A stretch of 64,000 nucleotides of DNA. It comes from an uncultured virus (IMG/VR IMGVR_UViG_3300027563_000599) (Duplodnaviria; Heunggongvirae; Uroviricota; Caudoviricetes). Position 1 is the first letter of the stretch. Each line of letters opens with the position of its first letter. This document shows positions 1 to 9,307 of this stretch, one piece after another. Position numbers and translations under genes: made by a program. The stretch lies in IMG/VR virus record IMGVR_UViG_3300027563_000599; one strand, given 5' to 3'. The notes under the pieces were generated by a model, which had not been told where the DNA came from, did not search any database, and saw only the letters and a program-made list of their open reading frames with translations.

Positions 1-5
1 CGCAA

Positions 6-488
6 GTGTTTGAACAGGCCACTTTGCCAAGATTGTTTGTGGGCGAAGAATCACAACAAATGACCAGTTGCTGGTTAGGTAACTATACCGAAGCACAAGA
101 CAGCTTGGTATATGTGCCCACCGAAACACTATACTTTGGTCGCAGAACACACATAACAGAAAAAACATTCAAAGCCATTGCATTAGAAATGCCATTTGCA
201 TTGGTGGCGCCGGCACACAGTTTAGAGTATCTGCGCAGTTACGGATTCCAAACATTCAGTTCAGTGTTTGATGAAAGCTATGACACCGAAACCGACGACA
301 CGGTGCGTGTGGAAAAGGTCACTAGGTTATTAAAAGACCTAGACTGCTTGTCACCTAAAGAACGCCAAGAAATACATCGTGCTTGTTTACCTATTGTGGA
401 ACACAATTATAATCATTTTTACAAAGGTGGTTTGACAGATGTGCTCTGGCCCGAACTTATAGGTATGTTGGATGGCCTACGCAAATAA
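6..488 (+). CDS. Glycosyltransferase-like protein (GT10/fucosyltransferase-like C-terminal motif); 5'-truncated at window edge
   Basis: Motif ET...ITEKTFKAI...PF...LRSYGFQTF...DESYD, shared with 472..1659 and 14360..15499; frame is open back to the window start. Confidence 0.5.
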   Translation: MFEQATLPRLFVGEESQQMTSCWLGNYTEAQDSLVYVPTETLYFGRRTHITEKTFKAIALEMPFALVAPAHSLEYLRSYGFQTFSSVFDESYDTETDDTVRVEKVTRLLKDLDCLSPKERQEIHRACLPIVEHNYNHFYKGGLTDVLWPELIGMLDGLRK

Positions 489-1659
489 TTTTGTTGCTGA
501 TCGTGTGGTACGCGGCAAGGCATATCCGGCCCTGGCACGTTGGTCAGCAAATCCCTACACTGCTGAATGGCGACAGTTTGTACAGCATTGGCCCAATACT
601 GTGCCTGCAGAACTGTACGAGCATTTTAACACACACGGAATAGCATACAAATTATCAGACTTGAACAGTGCGGCCGCTGGCGCATACTACACAGTTGGTA
701 TAGGATTTTTTAACTTTGATGTTGATTACTTTGCCTTGATGAGCGAAACAGTACGACGACAACTACGTCGAGAAGAACTCACTGTAGTATTCTACTATCA
801 CGAAGGCGACAATCCATTCAGAATCAAGGACCGATTGGATGAGCTGTGCCAGAATCATTTGCTGCCGCCCCGCTGCTATCGGTTTGTTAGTGGCAATACA
901 GCAGCTGATGCTATTCCTGGCTTTGCATATTTTCCAGACCATGAACTGCTGTATTGGCATCGCAATCGAGAAATTGCGCCAATACCGATACACTCTAAAC
1001 AGCGATTGCGTGACTTTACAGTACTAAGCAGAACACACAAATGGTGGCGAGCCACTGTAATGACTGACCTGCATTGCACAGGACTGTTAGAAAACAGTTA
1101 CTGGAGTTATGGCACAGATATTGTTGCCGGCGAAGCCGAAACTGACAATCCTATCGAAGTGGATACACTGAATATTCGAGCAGATATCAAACAGTTCCTG
1201 GCCAATGGTCCTTACACTTGTGATGCAAAAACTGCATCGCAACACAACGATCATCATGTGATTGAATCAGACCACCATGCAGAAAGTTATTGCAACATAG
1301 TGTTGGAAACTCACTTTGATGCCGACGGATCTGGTGGCGCATTCCTGACAGAAAAAACATTCAAAGCAATCAAACACGGGCAACCATTTGTGATCGTGGG
1401 CTGTACAGGGTCTTTAGCCGCATTGAGAAAGCTGGGCTATCGCACATTTGATCATGCCATAGACAACAGTTACGATACTATACAAAACAATACAGAACGT
1501 TGGATTGCTGTTCGTCGAGCTATTGCACAATTAAAGTCGCAAGACCTGCTAGCCTGGTTTGAAAGTTGCCGCAGTGACACAGAACACAACCAACAGTTAT
1601 TTTGCAGCACAAAAGCTGACAGATTAAATACTCTACTAGAAAGAATACACAATGATTAA
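472..1659 (+). CDS. Glycosyltransferase-like protein (GT10-like C-terminal motif)
   Basis: NIVLETH...FLTEKTFKAIKHGQPFVIVG...LRKLGYRTFDHAIDNSYD; overlaps both neighbours. Confidence 0.5.
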   Translation: MAYANNFVADRVVRGKAYPALARWSANPYTAEWRQFVQHWPNTVPAELYEHFNTHGIAYKLSDLNSAAAGAYYTVGIGFFNFDVDYFALMSETVRRQLRREELTVVFYYHEGDNPFRIKDRLDELCQNHLLPPRCYRFVSGNTAADAIPGFAYFPDHELLYWHRNREIAPIPIHSKQRLRDFTVLSRTHKWWRATVMTDLHCTGLLENSYWSYGTDIVAGEAETDNPIEVDTLNIRADIKQFLANGPYTCDAKTASQHNDHHVIESDHHAESYCNIVLETHFDADGSGGAFLTEKTFKAIKHGQPFVIVGCTGSLAALRKLGYRTFDHAIDNSYDTIQNNTERWIAVRRAIAQLKSQDLLAWFESCRSDTEHNQQLFCSTKADRLNTLLERIHND

Positions 1660-2671
1660 TTCCTACACCAGTTGGCAGCCGTTAGAAGAAGTTATCGTGG
1701 GTCGTGCATACAGCCCAGACTACTTTGATTTTATCGAAGATCCACAGGTTCGCAACCAGTTGCAACAGATCCTGTACGAAACCCAAGAAGACCTAAACAA
1801 CTTACAAAAGACCATCGAGACCTATGGTGCTCGTGTGCGTCGACCCAACTTGCCGCCCAAGGATCAATTTGTTTGGTGGCAAACAGAAAACGGTGGTGCA
1901 CCGCTGCCGCCCTTGACACCGCGTGACTGGCAAATCAGTCTTGGCCAAAAGCTGTTACGTGTGTTGCCCATGGAAGAACTGGATGAAATTTGCGAAGAAT
2001 ATAAAGACCAAGTTGTTAGTCCACACAACGGGCGTTGGGACGCTGACTGTATCCTAAACCAAGCGTCAGCCAGTTGCATTGTGCGTGTGGGACGTGATGT
2101 ATTCTTTGACAACAGTGATTATCTAAAGCCTGAGCAAACTCGTTGGATTGTGGACAACTGTTTAGGTCCAGAGTATCGCATTCACGAAGCTGTCACAGAC
2201 GGCCACGGTGATGCTGTGTTTGCCATTCTCAAGCCGGGCGTTATCTTGTCAAGCAAACACGATGTCAACTTAGACCTGGCCAAAGACTTTCCCGGATGGG
2301 AAGTGTTAAAGATCTGGGACTCCAGTATCTGGGCTGCCATGGAAGTGGGCAAGTTCAAATACGAACAAAGCCCGGGCGCATGGTATGTGCAAGGGCAAAC
2401 ACCCACACAGGAGTTTACCAAGTTTGTAGACACCTACTTGAACAAGTGGACTGGCTTTGTGGCCGAAACTGTGTTTGATGTCAACTGCTTGGTGTTAGAC
2501 GAAGAAAACGTTATCTTCAGTGCTTACAACAGAGATGTGTTTGACTTCTGTAAGAAACATCGTATCAATCCCATCATTAGTGAACTGCGTCATAGCTATT
2601 TCTGGGACGGCGGCATCAGTTGCTGTACGCAAGACCTGCGACGTCGCGGTGGTCTAGAAACATATCTATAA
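1652..2671 (+). CDS. Amidinotransferase family protein (glycine/inosamine-phosphate amidinotransferase-like)
   Basis: N-terminal SYTSWQPLEEVIVGRA, TPRD, RVGRDVF, GHGDAVF..LKPG and C-terminal GGISCCTQDLRRRG carrying the catalytic Cys. Confidence 0.85.
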   Translation: MINSYTSWQPLEEVIVGRAYSPDYFDFIEDPQVRNQLQQILYETQEDLNNLQKTIETYGARVRRPNLPPKDQFVWWQTENGGAPLPPLTPRDWQISLGQKLLRVLPMEELDEICEEYKDQVVSPHNGRWDADCILNQASASCIVRVGRDVFFDNSDYLKPEQTRWIVDNCLGPEYRIHEAVTDGHGDAVFAILKPGVILSSKHDVNLDLAKDFPGWEVLKIWDSSIWAAMEVGKFKYEQSPGAWYVQGQTPTQEFTKFVDTYLNKWTGFVAETVFDVNCLVLDEENVIFSAYNRDVFDFCKKHRINPIISELRHSYFWDGGISCCTQDLRRRGGLETYL

Positions 2672-2689
2672 TACACTAGGACATATACA

Positions 2690-3358
2690 ATGAGAATCTT
2701 AGTCAACGGCGATAGTAACATGTGCGGCGAAGAATTAGAAGACCGCAGCCTAGGTATATCATCACAGGTGGCAAAAATATTAGGTGCTGAGACTAATAAT
2801 CTCAGTGTTAGCGGTAGCAGCAATGACCGTATATACGACAGCACTATGAACTATATTCTTACTCAACCCAAACCTGATTTAGTACTGATTGGCTGGAGCG
2901 AGATGTGTCGTGTACAATGGTTTTTAGATGATGTACACTCATTCGGTGAGTTTGTAGAAATAAACAACTTGGGTGTTGGTCGTAGAGAATATCCTGCTAA
3001 ATATACCAGACGACTGGAACGCTGGCACGAAGTGAGTAATAATTTGGAATTTCGCACACATTTAAGTTACTACTGGCATGAGCGCATTTTTAACCTACAC
3101 AAGTTTTTACAAAGTCGTTACATCAAACATTTATTTTTCCACTCGTTCCACGATTTTAAAATTTATGATGTCAACGATCAACTTGACTGGGATGGTCGTT
3201 TCATGGATCCCTACTGTGCTGACAATACTTACACACATTGGTGTGCCAACCAAGGATACCAAGAAATAACACCGGGTTGGTATCACTACGAGCCTGCCGG
3301 ACAACGTGCCTGGGCAGAGCGAGTTGTTGAGCATATTAAAAATTACAAAATTATATGA
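2690..3358 (+). CDS. SGNH/GDSL-fold hydrolase-like protein
   Basis: Block I ILVNGDSN, block II NLSVSGSSN, PDLVLIGWS, C-terminal WYHY..AGQRAWAE. Confidence 0.7.
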   Translation: MRILVNGDSNMCGEELEDRSLGISSQVAKILGAETNNLSVSGSSNDRIYDSTMNYILTQPKPDLVLIGWSEMCRVQWFLDDVHSFGEFVEINNLGVGRREYPAKYTRRLERWHEVSNNLEFRTHLSYYWHERIFNLHKFLQSRYIKHLFFHSFHDFKIYDVNDQLDWDGRFMDPYCADNTYTHWCANQGYQEITPGWYHYEPAGQRAWAERVVEHIKNYKII

Positions 3359-4443
3359 TTTATTCCATCGATCAAGTACAACATTTACATTTGGAATTAA
3401 GCAGTTTGTGCAATGCTGCCTGTCCACTATGCCCTAGAAATTTTTCCAGTTATCCACACAATTTTGGGTATGACGAACACAATATGACACTACAGGAAGC
3501 ACAGAAGATATTTCCAGTGGAGTTTGTTCAGCAACTAAAGCAGATGGTTATCAATGGAAACTTTGGTGATGCTGTTATGAATACAGAAACTGTTGAGATT
3601 GTCAATTACTTTAAACAACACAATCCCACGTTGCATATAAATCTCAGTACCAATGGCGGTGCAAGAGATGCTAAATTTTGGCGCGGGTTAGCTGAAGCAG
3701 GAATTGAAGTGACCTTCTGTATAGATGGCATTGATGATTATACTCATGCACTGTACCGCCGAAACACATTGTATTCTACCATCATGCGTAATTCTGCTAC
3801 ATTCATAGCAGCTGGCGGCCGAGCAGTGTGGAAAATGATCAATTTTGAACACAACCGCCATCAACAAGAACCGGCACGTGCGTTGAGCATCCAACGAGGA
3901 TTTGCTGCTTTTATAATAGTGGATGACGGCAGAGACAACGGGCCAGTCTACAACAACAACGGTGATCTAGTTTACATCATTGGAGAATCAAAGATAAACT
4001 TCACTCCCGAAAAACATGTACAATCTCCACTGTACCACAGCGATTCTCCACAACATCGAGAAAATCGTATGAAATGGGTTAATAAATCTGAAATTAAAAA
4101 TATCAAGTGCGAAGTTGCAGGCTCGCGCAGTATCTATGTCAGCAGCACCGGTGATGTTTTTCCATGCTGCTATACCGGTTTGAATCCGGCTCGATACAGA
4201 AATAACACAGACATAGGCTACAGCATGGAACAAATCAATCACATCATGACTCGGAATAATGCACTGGAATACGATCTTGCCACATGCATTGAATGGTTTG
4301 ATCAGATTGAGGCCAGTTGGGGTATCGATTCCTTTGAAAACGGAAGACTGCTAACTTGCAACAATGCTTGCGGCAACAACAGTGACAAAAATTTTAAGTT
4401 TCACGTCAAAGAAGTGGTCGTGTACAACGACAATGCTACCTAG
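3355..4443 (+). CDS. Radical SAM protein with C-terminal SPASM/twitch-like domain
   Basis: CNAACPLC (CxxxCxxC), GNFGD, STNG, IDG; C-terminal C...YVSSTGDVFPCC...CNNAC. Confidence 0.9.
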   Translation: MIYSIDQVQHLHLELSSLCNAACPLCPRNFSSYPHNFGYDEHNMTLQEAQKIFPVEFVQQLKQMVINGNFGDAVMNTETVEIVNYFKQHNPTLHINLSTNGGARDAKFWRGLAEAGIEVTFCIDGIDDYTHALYRRNTLYSTIMRNSATFIAAGGRAVWKMINFEHNRHQQEPARALSIQRGFAAFIIVDDGRDNGPVYNNNGDLVYIIGESKINFTPEKHVQSPLYHSDSPQHRENRMKWVNKSEIKNIKCEVAGSRSIYVSSTGDVFPCCYTGLNPARYRNNTDIGYSMEQINHIMTRNNALEYDLATCIEWFDQIEASWGIDSFENGRLLTCNNACGNNSDKNFKFHVKEVVVYNDNAT

Positions 4444-5245
4444 TACCAAATCCAGGATTGGGCCAGTTAAAAGCATTTTTATTTGGTAGATCAAAGTTGG
4501 TCAAGTCAATGGACCTGATACCAGGCTGATAGTCCTGTGCTGTTGCAATCACAATGTTGGCCAGTGCTGCATTATTGTGTGGATTGAAATGATTGACTCG
4601 CTGATCATCGGTCATGAAATTTTTAACAATTTCTGCATCAGTTCCTGTTGCTTCTCCCAGACTTATGTGTACCAAGGGTGTTGTGTACACAACACCGGGC
4701 AATATAGCAGTGGTGTTATCTACGGTAAATGGGTAGTTGTTAAAATGCACCTGCTTGACATGGCCGAATGTCCTGGCAATTTCATAAAACCATTGTTCAT
4801 GTGCCCAAGTTTGAAAAGGGTTGTCGATCAGATCCAATGTCCATCTTTGCAATAATTGCGCTAGTTCTATTTTATACTTGTATCGTTGATCTTCTTTGTG
4901 TGGTCGATAATTGACTGCAAGCATTTCGTTGCCAACATCGCCATTTCCTGTGTTGAGTCTATTGTCATCGGTGTGACAAAATACCATGAGATCCACAGTG
5001 TTGATCCATTCTGGATCGTATTCCATGTGATCAAACAGTTGTCGGCGACTGTAGTACCAGCTGCGACCCGCAAAGCCAAACGAATATAGATTCAATCCAA
5101 GTTTGGTTGCAGACCGATCAAGCCAGCTGACATGAGTTTTATTATCATCTTTTTGCTGTGCGTTACGATGTGGTATTACACTGGGACCGGCCCATGAACT
5201 GCAATAACTATCGCCCACAAATACTATATTTTTTTCAAATGGCAT
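4436..5245 (-). CDS. SGNH-fold hydrolase-like protein
   Basis: VFVGDSYC, GFAGRS, and NHF near the C-terminus. Confidence 0.6.
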   Translation of the reverse strand: MPFEKNIVFVGDSYCSSWAGPSVIPHRNAQQKDDNKTHVSWLDRSATKLGLNLYSFGFAGRSWYYSRRQLFDHMEYDPEWINTVDLMVFCHTDDNRLNTGNGDVGNEMLAVNYRPHKEDQRYKYKIELAQLLQRWTLDLIDNPFQTWAHEQWFYEIARTFGHVKQVHFNNYPFTVDNTTAILPGVVYTTPLVHISLGEATGTDAEIVKNFMTDDQRVNHFNPHNNAALANIVIATAQDYQPGIRSIDLTNFDLPNKNAFNWPNPGFGTR

Positions 5246-6647
5246 TATACCACCCCGCTAAATTAGGAAATGCTGTTGCAAAATCTTTTCCGCGACGTTG
5301 ATCGTACTGCGTGAAAAAACTTTTAAAATCTTTTTGCAATGCCAACACATTGGCATCTTCCACACTGCCAGCAAATGTATCGGCTGTGTGTGTTATCTGC
5401 TGTTCTTGGTGTGGCGCTGTTACCTCTAATAGATATTTGGAATATCTTTCAATGTGATCTATTTCAATAGGTGCAAACAACTTTTTAATATCTGGACCTT
5501 TTAAAAATTCTGTAATTTCATATGCGTATTGTTTACGCATTTCAACCGGCAGCACTACTATACTTTGAAATGTAGGGAAACGCACAGGATTAACACTCAA
5601 CATCAGTCCTTGGCTGCGGTTGCTGTTGCTTGGTGCAGAGCGTTTACGGTCTGCCAACCAGTACAAGAAATCTGTAAATCCGTCAGCGGCAGCAGCACTG
5701 AGTGTTCCGCAAATACCAGTGTTGGCAATTACCCCAGAATGTAATACCATATCTAAATTGTTGTTCCATAACTCCCAGTCTAGTCCATCTCGCACATATT
5801 CCATTTTGCTACCGGTAGTTTCAGCACTGGTGTATACCCACACAGGAACATCAATACGACTACATGCATCCAAGAAACGTTTCAGTGTATCTTGATCGTA
5901 GGCCAAGTTAGTGGTCATTTCTATACGGCAATCAGTTTTGGAAGTGTTGTTTGCCAACCAATCCAACAATTTCCAAGTGTGACCCGACATCATTGGCTCG
6001 CCGCCACTGATACGAATCTGTTTGATGGTTTTGTGTAAACTGCTATCCCACCACTTGAAAAATGCGTCAGCATAGGGATTGTTATCACCAAATGTGTAGC
6101 CAATCATTTCGTCGCCGGTGGTCATGTAATGCTTGCGGTGGTCCGTGGGCAGGTTCTCATAAGGACCATTTTTGCGTATGTCTTTGGCCCAGGTAGTACT
6201 GATGGTAGGAGCACAATAGCTACAGCCCAGATTGCAAGTGCGATCAAAACATATTTCCAAGTAGGTTAAATCGTAATCATCATCTGCACTGGCAGTGAAC
6301 GCAGTGTTCAACTGTTCTGGGCTCATTTGTCCGCCCCAGGTGGTCCATACGCGATCACTGAGTCCATCGGGTTCTACTTCTTCCATTACCCAACAGAACT
6401 GGCAGTTTTTAGGTTTCAGTCCCTGTTGCATCTGCAGTCGCTCTTGTTTTTTAATGGGCGTGTTATGCAAGGCCATAGGATTGGTTTTGATTGCTTCCAG
6501 GTCTATAGCATGCGGCGGGTTATGGTGACAACTGGTGGTCCATCCTTGGCTAAGCCACAGGCTACTGTTGTACCATTTAGATCCGCAAAAACTTGGACTC
6601 TTGGAATCCAAGTTTTCAATCTTCCATTGTTTCATATCGATACTCAT
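5235..6647 (-). CDS. Radical SAM protein with N-terminal twitch/SPASM-like module
   Basis: FCGSKW...SCHH...CQFC followed by CNLGCSYC, SGGEP, TTN, EYVRDG; start moved to the ATG in the TAATG overlap with the upstream stop. Confidence 0.9.
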   Translation of the reverse strand: MSIDMKQWKIENLDSKSPSFCGSKWYNSSLWLSQGWTTSCHHNPPHAIDLEAIKTNPMALHNTPIKKQERLQMQQGLKPKNCQFCWVMEEVEPDGLSDRVWTTWGGQMSPEQLNTAFTASADDDYDLTYLEICFDRTCNLGCSYCAPTISTTWAKDIRKNGPYENLPTDHRKHYMTTGDEMIGYTFGDNNPYADAFFKWWDSSLHKTIKQIRISGGEPMMSGHTWKLLDWLANNTSKTDCRIEMTTNLAYDQDTLKRFLDACSRIDVPVWVYTSAETTGSKMEYVRDGLDWELWNNNLDMVLHSGVIANTGICGTLSAAAADGFTDFLYWLADRKRSAPSNSNRSQGLMLSVNPVRFPTFQSIVVLPVEMRKQYAYEITEFLKGPDIKKLFAPIEIDHIERYSKYLLEVTAPHQEQQITHTADTFAGSVEDANVLALQKDFKSFFTQYDQRRGKDFATAFPNLAGWYNAI

Positions 6648-8155
6648 TAGCTGCACACTTTCACTTTATATAATTGTTCAAAACGATCTGCGTCTGCACG
6701 ATCATTGACCATGGGCTCGCCACGTATGTTTAGACTGGTATTCAGCAACATGGGACATCCTGTTTCAGCATACCAGGCTTCTAATAGCTGTCTAATTCCT
6801 GACCCATCTGATGGCACAGTCTGTACACGACTAGTACCGTCATGATGAACAATAGCAGGAAATAGGTCAGGATGCCTACAACGAGCGATGACTTGCATAT
6901 ACCTACTGTTATTGAAGCCATGAGGCATATCAAAATACTGATCAACATGCTCTTCGAGAATAACTGGCGCAAAGGGTCTAAACTGTTGTCTTCGTTTGAT
7001 TTCATTTACTTGATCCTTTATTTCTCGGCCTCTGGGGTCTGCGAGCAGACTTCTGTTGCCCAGGGCTCTGGGACCAAACTCAGCACGACCACTGGCCACA
7101 CCCACAATTCGATCACGTAGCAAACAACCCACAATATCATCGACAGGATAAGCACCAGGAATATCTGTGCCCAGATAGGCGTTGTTCCAATGTATCTGTT
7201 TGCCATACGCAAGCGCCGCTGCGCCCAGGCTACTGCCAGCATCACCAGGACAAGGCATAATCCAAATGTTATCAAAGTACTTTCCTAAATTACGGTTGGC
7301 ACTACAGTTGAGAGCAACTCCGCCCATGTACACCAAGTTGTTGCTCCATTTAAAGTCTCTTGCTCTACGCATTACTGAATAGATCAAACGCTCTGCCATG
7401 GCCTGTGCTCCGGCTGCAATGTCAAATTCTTCTAGATCCTGTAGGTATTTGGGATCTATTCCGGCATGTAGATTTTCACTAAATTCAATTTTGTCAGTGT
7501 CTTTTACTAGAGCATGCATGCTGACAGCGTTTGTGGCATTGCCATACGCAGCCATACCCATCAAGATGTATTCTTCATCCAGTGGCCGCAGTCCCACACT
7601 GGCTGTGGCTGCTGAATAAAACAAACCAATTGAGTGTGGATAACGTTGTTGCCACAGTCGTTTATACACAGCACGGCCGTTGACATATTCTGCGCCCCAG
7701 ATGCTTATGGTATCTAATTCGCCAATGGCATCAATTACAACCACTGTGGCCCGTTGATAGGGGCTGGTCTGGAATCCGGCTGCGGCGTGACTATGATGAT
7801 GGGACATATATTTTCTAGGGCATCGTAGTAACTGCTGCCGATGAACAGTATCAGATAGATGTTTATGCAGATACTGATCCAAAGTAAAATTGCCAAAGTC
7901 CAAAGCTTCTTCATATTGACCCGAATATAGTTGTTGTAGTTTTTTAATCCAAGGGCGTTCATAGTAGGCCACCATGTCAGGAGCACCATTGGCCAAGGCC
8001 TCGGCAACAATGTCATCATTGAGATGCGCATCGTTTTTGTTTTTACTGTAGCGTTCTGCATGTCCAGCAAACGCAATGCTGCCGTCATTCTGAATCACAG
8101 TGACCGCAGCGTCGTGAAAGCCCGCAGAGATACCTAGATATTTTTTCAATTTCAT
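6647..8155 (-). CDS. Carbamoyltransferase, NodU/CmcH family
   Basis: HDAA, HHHSHAAAGF, VIDAIGE, GGVALNC, PGDAGSSLGAA, EFGPRALGNRSLLADP, FRPFAP, HHDGTSRVQTV, LLNTSLN..GEP. Confidence 0.95.
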   Translation of the reverse strand: MKLKKYLGISAGFHDAAVTVIQNDGSIAFAGHAERYSKNKNDAHLNDDIVAEALANGAPDMVAYYERPWIKKLQQLYSGQYEEALDFGNFTLDQYLHKHLSDTVHRQQLLRCPRKYMSHHHSHAAAGFQTSPYQRATVVVIDAIGELDTISIWGAEYVNGRAVYKRLWQQRYPHSIGLFYSAATASVGLRPLDEEYILMGMAAYGNATNAVSMHALVKDTDKIEFSENLHAGIDPKYLQDLEEFDIAAGAQAMAERLIYSVMRRARDFKWSNNLVYMGGVALNCSANRNLGKYFDNIWIMPCPGDAGSSLGAAALAYGKQIHWNNAYLGTDIPGAYPVDDIVGCLLRDRIVGVASGRAEFGPRALGNRSLLADPRGREIKDQVNEIKRRQQFRPFAPVILEEHVDQYFDMPHGFNNSRYMQVIARCRHPDLFPAIVHHDGTSRVQTVPSDGSGIRQLLEAWYAETGCPMLLNTSLNIRGEPMVNDRADADRFEQLYKVKVCS

Positions 8156-8253
8156 TTGTAAATAAACGGATCGCGTTTGCGCAGTTCTTTTAATTTTTTA
8201 CGGTAGCGTATTTCCAAACGAATTCGATTGAATAAATTTTTAATCCAGTTCAT
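8152..8253 (-). CDS. 33-aa basic small protein (not in ORF track)
   Basis: Manual translation MNWIKNLFNRIRLEIRYRKKLKELRKRDPFIYK*; fills the gap exactly, with an ATGA overlap on the carbamoyltransferase start and 1 nt after the upstream stop. Confidence 0.7.
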   Translation of the reverse strand: MNWIKNLFNRIRLEIRYRKKLKELRKRDPFIYK

Positions 8254-8254
8254 G

Positions 8255-9307
8255 TCATGTTCCTCGTATTATTTTAATCTGCTGATCAGCATAGTCCGTA
8301 TCTGACCAATTGTATGTGTATGTAGCATTGGCGTGACTGGTTTGTATTTTAAATACATCTAAGTGTGATCCTAGCTGTGCCCATATGTCTTTGTAGTCAG
8401 TTGTTCCAAAACTACGCATCAAATCTACCTGGGCCACTTGTGGATGCCCAATGGTAAGACTTTTATCATCAGGGTCAAACCCATTGTTGATCAACCAAGT
8501 TTTAAACTCCCCTAGAATTCTTTGTTGCCAAGGTGCATTACCGGGATTATTGCCCCATTCAATGTCAAAATCTCCAGCAGCTTCGGTTTGCGAATTTAAT
8601 GTTGTAGTAGTTAATTCTCCTACACGGCTGTCTCGACCTTCGTCCCAAAAAACTTCCCAATGGTGTTTTCCCACTGCTTTATTTACTCCAACGAATACGC
8701 CGCCCAGTGGTCTATTGATTGTGTCAATGCCAAACAATTCATAATCTTCTGCGTCTAATTGAAATCGTGGCGCATGCAACCAGCACATGAGCTGACTAGG
8801 ACGCTGCCATTCTGGTGCAGTTATTACTTTGCGCATACTGAGCACTAGACTTTCATACTCGTGACACAGCAAATTCAATTGTCGTATGTGCCAACGAGTA
8901 CCTGCATCTGCTTGAGTATAAAATGGACTCATTGCGCCCGATACTCCTTGTAAATCTTCAAAGTAACGATGCAGGTGATTTAACTTATCATGCACCAATT
9001 TTAATTCTGGTGTGGTAGTGTTGGCCACTGAAAAGTGATCATCAATTTGATAACCAATGTTTGCAGAGTTGATAGCAGCAATGCTGCGATTCATCTGGTC
9101 AGTCAAGTATTCTGCGTTGCGTTGGCTAGCAACAAATCCAAAAAAACAATAATTTTTTTCCAAATGATAGTTGTCTTTTATCAATTGATTCAATGATGCT
9201 AGCCATTTGCGACTCAACGAATTGTCGGCCACGTCTATGTACACTGTGACAATGTCATTGTCGTTGTTGCCTCTTAGGTCTATTTTGATTTGATCAAGCA
9301 ATTTCAT
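8255..9307 (-). CDS. Hypothetical protein (350 aa)
   Basis: Long ORF overlapping the upstream gene in the operon; no motif recognised. Confidence 0.8.
   Translation of the reverse strand: MKLLDQIKIDLRGNNDNDIVTVYIDVADNSLSRKWLASLNQLIKDNYHLEKNYCFFGFVASQRNAEYLTDQMNRSIAAINSANIGYQIDDHFSVANTTTPELKLVHDKLNHLHRYFEDLQGVSGAMSPFYTQADAGTRWHIRQLNLLCHEYESLVLSMRKVITAPEWQRPSQLMCWLHAPRFQLDAEDYELFGIDTINRPLGGVFVGVNKAVGKHHWEVFWDEGRDSRVGELTTTTLNSQTEAAGDFDIEWGNNPGNAPWQQRILGEFKTWLINNGFDPDDKSLTIGHPQVAQVDLMRSFGTTDYKDIWAQLGSHLDVFKIQTSHANATYTYNWSDTDYADQQIKIIRGT

Noticed and set aside
1652..8253. Saxitoxin-like cluster (amidinotransferase, carbamoyltransferase, SxtK-like peptide, GDSL protein)
   Set aside because: Only family-level parallels; no SxtA-like PKS/aminotransferase or other core sxt genes, and the context is a phage
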